Sequence record: SRR31156797_3892
Strand: one strand, 5' to 3'
Length of the DNA stretch: 64,000 nucleotides
Shown: positions 61,664 through 64,000 of the stretch, piece by piece
How positions within the stretch are numbered: the first letter of the stretch is position 1
How the letters are laid out: each line of letters begins with the position of its first letter
The notes under the pieces: generated by a model
The model's input: the letters and a program-made list of their open reading frames with translations, nothing else
Databases searched by the model: none
Told to the model about the DNA's origin: nothing
Position numbers and translations under genes: made by a program

Positions 61664-62191
61664 ATGACAAATCAAGCAAAAACAAGATGGGTAATCGACC
61701 CTGCACACAGCGAAATTGGATTTAAAGTAAAACACATGATGATCTCGACAGTATCTGGTCAGTTCGAAAAATTTGATGCAACCGCAGAAACTAATGGTGA
61801 AGATTTTTCCACTGTTTCTGTAAAAGTTACTATCGACGTCAATTCCATCAACACCAAAAACAAAGACCGCGAAGCCCACCTGAAATCCGACGACTTTTTC
61901 AACGCCGAAAAGTTTCCTAAAATGATTTTCGTTTCCAAAAGGTTTGATGGTGAAAAACTCACCGGTGATTTGACCATTCGCGATATCACTAAAGAGGTGG
62001 TTCTGGAAACAGAATTCAACGGTATTGCAGTTGACCCTTACGGACAAACAAAAGCCGGATTTGAATTGACCGGTGAAATCAATCGCAAGGACTTTGGCCT
62101 GAAATGGTCAGCCGTTACCGAAGCCGGAAATGTGGTGGTTTCGGATAAGATAAAATTGCTTATTGGCGCTCAGCTTGTGAAGCAGGCTTAA
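61664..62191 (+). CDS. YceI family protein
   Basis: WVIDPAHSEIGFKVKHMMIS, REAHLKSDDFF, GDLTIR, INRKDFGL. Confidence 0.93.
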   Translation: MTNQAKTRWVIDPAHSEIGFKVKHMMISTVSGQFEKFDATAETNGEDFSTVSVKVTIDVNSINTKNKDREAHLKSDDFFNAEKFPKMIFVSKRFDGEKLTGDLTIRDITKEVVLETEFNGIAVDPYGQTKAGFELTGEINRKDFGLKWSAVTEAGNVVVSDKIKLLIGAQLVKQA

Positions 62192-62254
62192 CTGCTAACT
62201 TGATCTGTGCCGCGAATTACAATCCATTATCAATCATAATTCTCTGAAATGAAT

Positions 62255-62290
62255 ACTCTCCGGATTAATCTATAAATTGGTCCGGAGAGT
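62255..62290. terminator. Hairpin after yceI, possible terminator
   Basis: ACTCTCCGGATTAAT-6nt-ATTGGTCCGGAGAGT. Confidence 0.5.
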
Positions 62291-62744
62291 TATTTACATA
62301 AAAACGCGTAGGAGATTAATAAACTTATTGTCGTGAAAACCTTGCCGGCATCAAAAATCCTAAAAAAAACAATAGCCTGTAACCATCAACCTTTATGAAC
62401 GCTCTGTTATATTAATCCCGACTACCTGTACGGAAAACCAAAAATTATCTCCCTTCACCGGTGACATAAATCATCAACCCGGGTAATCCACACCTAAAAT
62501 CCCAGTTAGATTTTCCAGATCAAATTTCAACTTCTTTCTTGCCTCGGGTGGCCCCTGGCATCTCAGCTCTGCTCATGTTTACCATCCGTTACCTGATTTC
62601 TTCCGGCCGTGGACTGTAACCTGTCATCCATAAACTGAAAGCAGGTTGCTTTCACTCCCGGCGTGACGTACCTTTAGAATGAAATTAGATCACTAACTCC
62701 TCCTGACGATTCCTCCAGAACTTCAGGACCAAAAATTCAAGACT

Positions 62745-64000
62745 ATGAAAAATAAGCATGTATTCAGAAAAAGTGCAATACCTAAAAAAAAACGTCTCCA
62801 TGATGAAATCATTTATTACCTCATTACGGTTGTTTTCCTCATCATAATTTCCATTCCGGGTTATGGGCAATCAGGGATGATAAAGGGAAAGGTAATGGAT
62901 AAGGCCACGAAAGAGCCAATCCCCTTTGCCAATGTAGCGGTTAAAAGTGGGGGTGCATTAATAACCGGGACAACCACAGACTTTGACGGGAATTACATAA
63001 TCAGACATATTTCACCGGGATTATATGAGCTGAACGCCAGTTTTGTCGGCTGCAAGACTGCTGTTGTTAAAGGAGTTATGATCAATTCTGATCAAATTAC
63101 TTTCCAGGATATTCAATTGGAAGTTACCGCAGAAACACTTGATGTAGTTGAGGTCGTCAGCTATAAAGTTCCATTAATTTCAAAAGACAGAACCACTTCA
63201 GGGGCAACAGTTACGAGCAGCGCTATCAGTAAGTTGCCCGGAAGAAGTTCAAACACAGCGGCAACAAAAGTCGGTGGCGTTTTTTCCGGAAACAGCAAAA
63301 AAAGTCGTGTCAGGGGAGCAAGGAATAATCATAGTGTGATGTATATTAACGGTGTAAAAGTAACCGGATCAGAAGCCACCACACCTGACCTACAGGCAAA
63401 AAACGAGTCCCATTCTGAGGCAGCAGAACCATTGCACCATAAACTTACTGCAGGCGAAATAAACGATTTCAGCAAATGGAAATACTGGACCGGTGCTGCC
63501 AGTGATGAGTTTGAACTATTCAAACAAACCTGGGGTATATTTCCGCAAAACCGTTATTGCGTACAGGTTATGAATGAAAATGGATTCCCCGTAGTCGGGT
63601 GTAAGGCCATGCTTGTGGATGAGACTGGCAACGCGCTCTGGACTGCTAAGACTGACAATACCGGAAAAGCCGAATTGTGGAAAGATATTTTTAACGAAAG
63701 TGATGAAAAAGAAAAAGTAAAGGTTCTGCTCGAAAAGGATGGTATTTACGAAACCATTAAAAAACCAAAGAATATAAGCAAAGGTGTAAACACGGTGATA
63801 CTGAAATCAGATTGTGATCCTTCAAAACAAGTTGATGTGATGTTTACAATTGATGCAACCGGTTCGATGGATGACGAAATCGACTACCTGAAAGCCGAAC
63901 TGAAAAACATTATCAACAGTTTCGCTGATCAAAATCCGGAATTGGAATTGAGGCTGGGCAGTGTTTTTTACAGGTGCTTCGGAAATGAATATGTAACACG
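62745..64000 (+). CDS. Partial CDS running off the window: carboxypeptidase-like domain, TonB plug-like segment, vWA domain
   Basis: Manual translation from ATG 62745: IKGKVMD..EPIPFANV, TTDFDGNY, VRGAR..MYINGV, LTAGEINDF, VDVMFTIDATGSMDDEI. Confidence 0.8.
   Translation, partial: MKNKHVFRKSAIPKKKRLHDEIIYYLITVVFLIIISIPGYGQSGMIKGKVMDKATKEPIPFANVAVKSGGALITGTTTDFDGNYIIRHISPGLYELNASFVGCKTAVVKGVMINSDQITFQDIQLEVTAETLDVVEVVSYKVPLISKDRTTSGATVTSSAISKLPGRSSNTAATKVGGVFSGNSKKSRVRGARNNHSVMYINGVKVTGSEATTPDLQAKNESHSEAAEPLHHKLTAGEINDFSKWKYWTGAASDEFELFKQTWGIFPQNRYCVQVMNENGFPVVGCKAMLVDETGNALWTAKTDNTGKAELWKDIFNESDEKEKVKVLLEKDGIYETIKKPKNISKGVNTVILKSDCDPSKQVDVMFTIDATGSMDDEIDYLKAELKNIINSFADQNPELELRLGSVFYRCFGNEYVT

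Noticed and set aside
62290..62740. Structured ncRNA in the long intergenic region
   Set aside because: No recognisable family motif or convincing long stems by eye; cannot be excluded without a covariance search

Overview
A 64-kb chromosomal segment from a Bacteroidota bacterium, probably Bacteroidales-like. Supporting signs are TTTG-N19/20-TAnnTTTG promoters, T9SS C-terminal sorting domains, a TonB-dependent receptor, a GH97 enzyme and a DUF3857 pair. Housekeeping genes include a Dus, rlmI, rfaD, hemW, murB, mtaB, adk and tRNA-Leu(GAG). Peptide and amino-acid scavenging genes include M49, S9, C26 and trypsin-like peptidases, one NSS and two AGCS symporters, and a CoA-transferase. Small accessory insertions are interspersed: four type II toxin-antitoxin loci (two intact, two decayed), REP-like palindromes and pseudogene remnants. 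No integrase, transposase, prophage or CRISPR array was seen. The most notable observations are: (i) an uncharacterised two-gene module of a glycine-rich membrane protein with an internal repeat plus an exported trypsin-like protease; (ii) a TA cassette bracketed by a degenerate duplicate of the rlmI 3' end; (iii) an NSS transporter with an inserted barrel-sandwich-hybrid-like domain and an unannotated 44-aa partner; (iv) a shared AAAC-N16-TGTT putative ECF promoter at three genes; (v) phased direct repeats near two regulators; (vi) a Tat-like leader split from pirin by one frame. All family calls come from recognising motifs by eye; no database searches were run.
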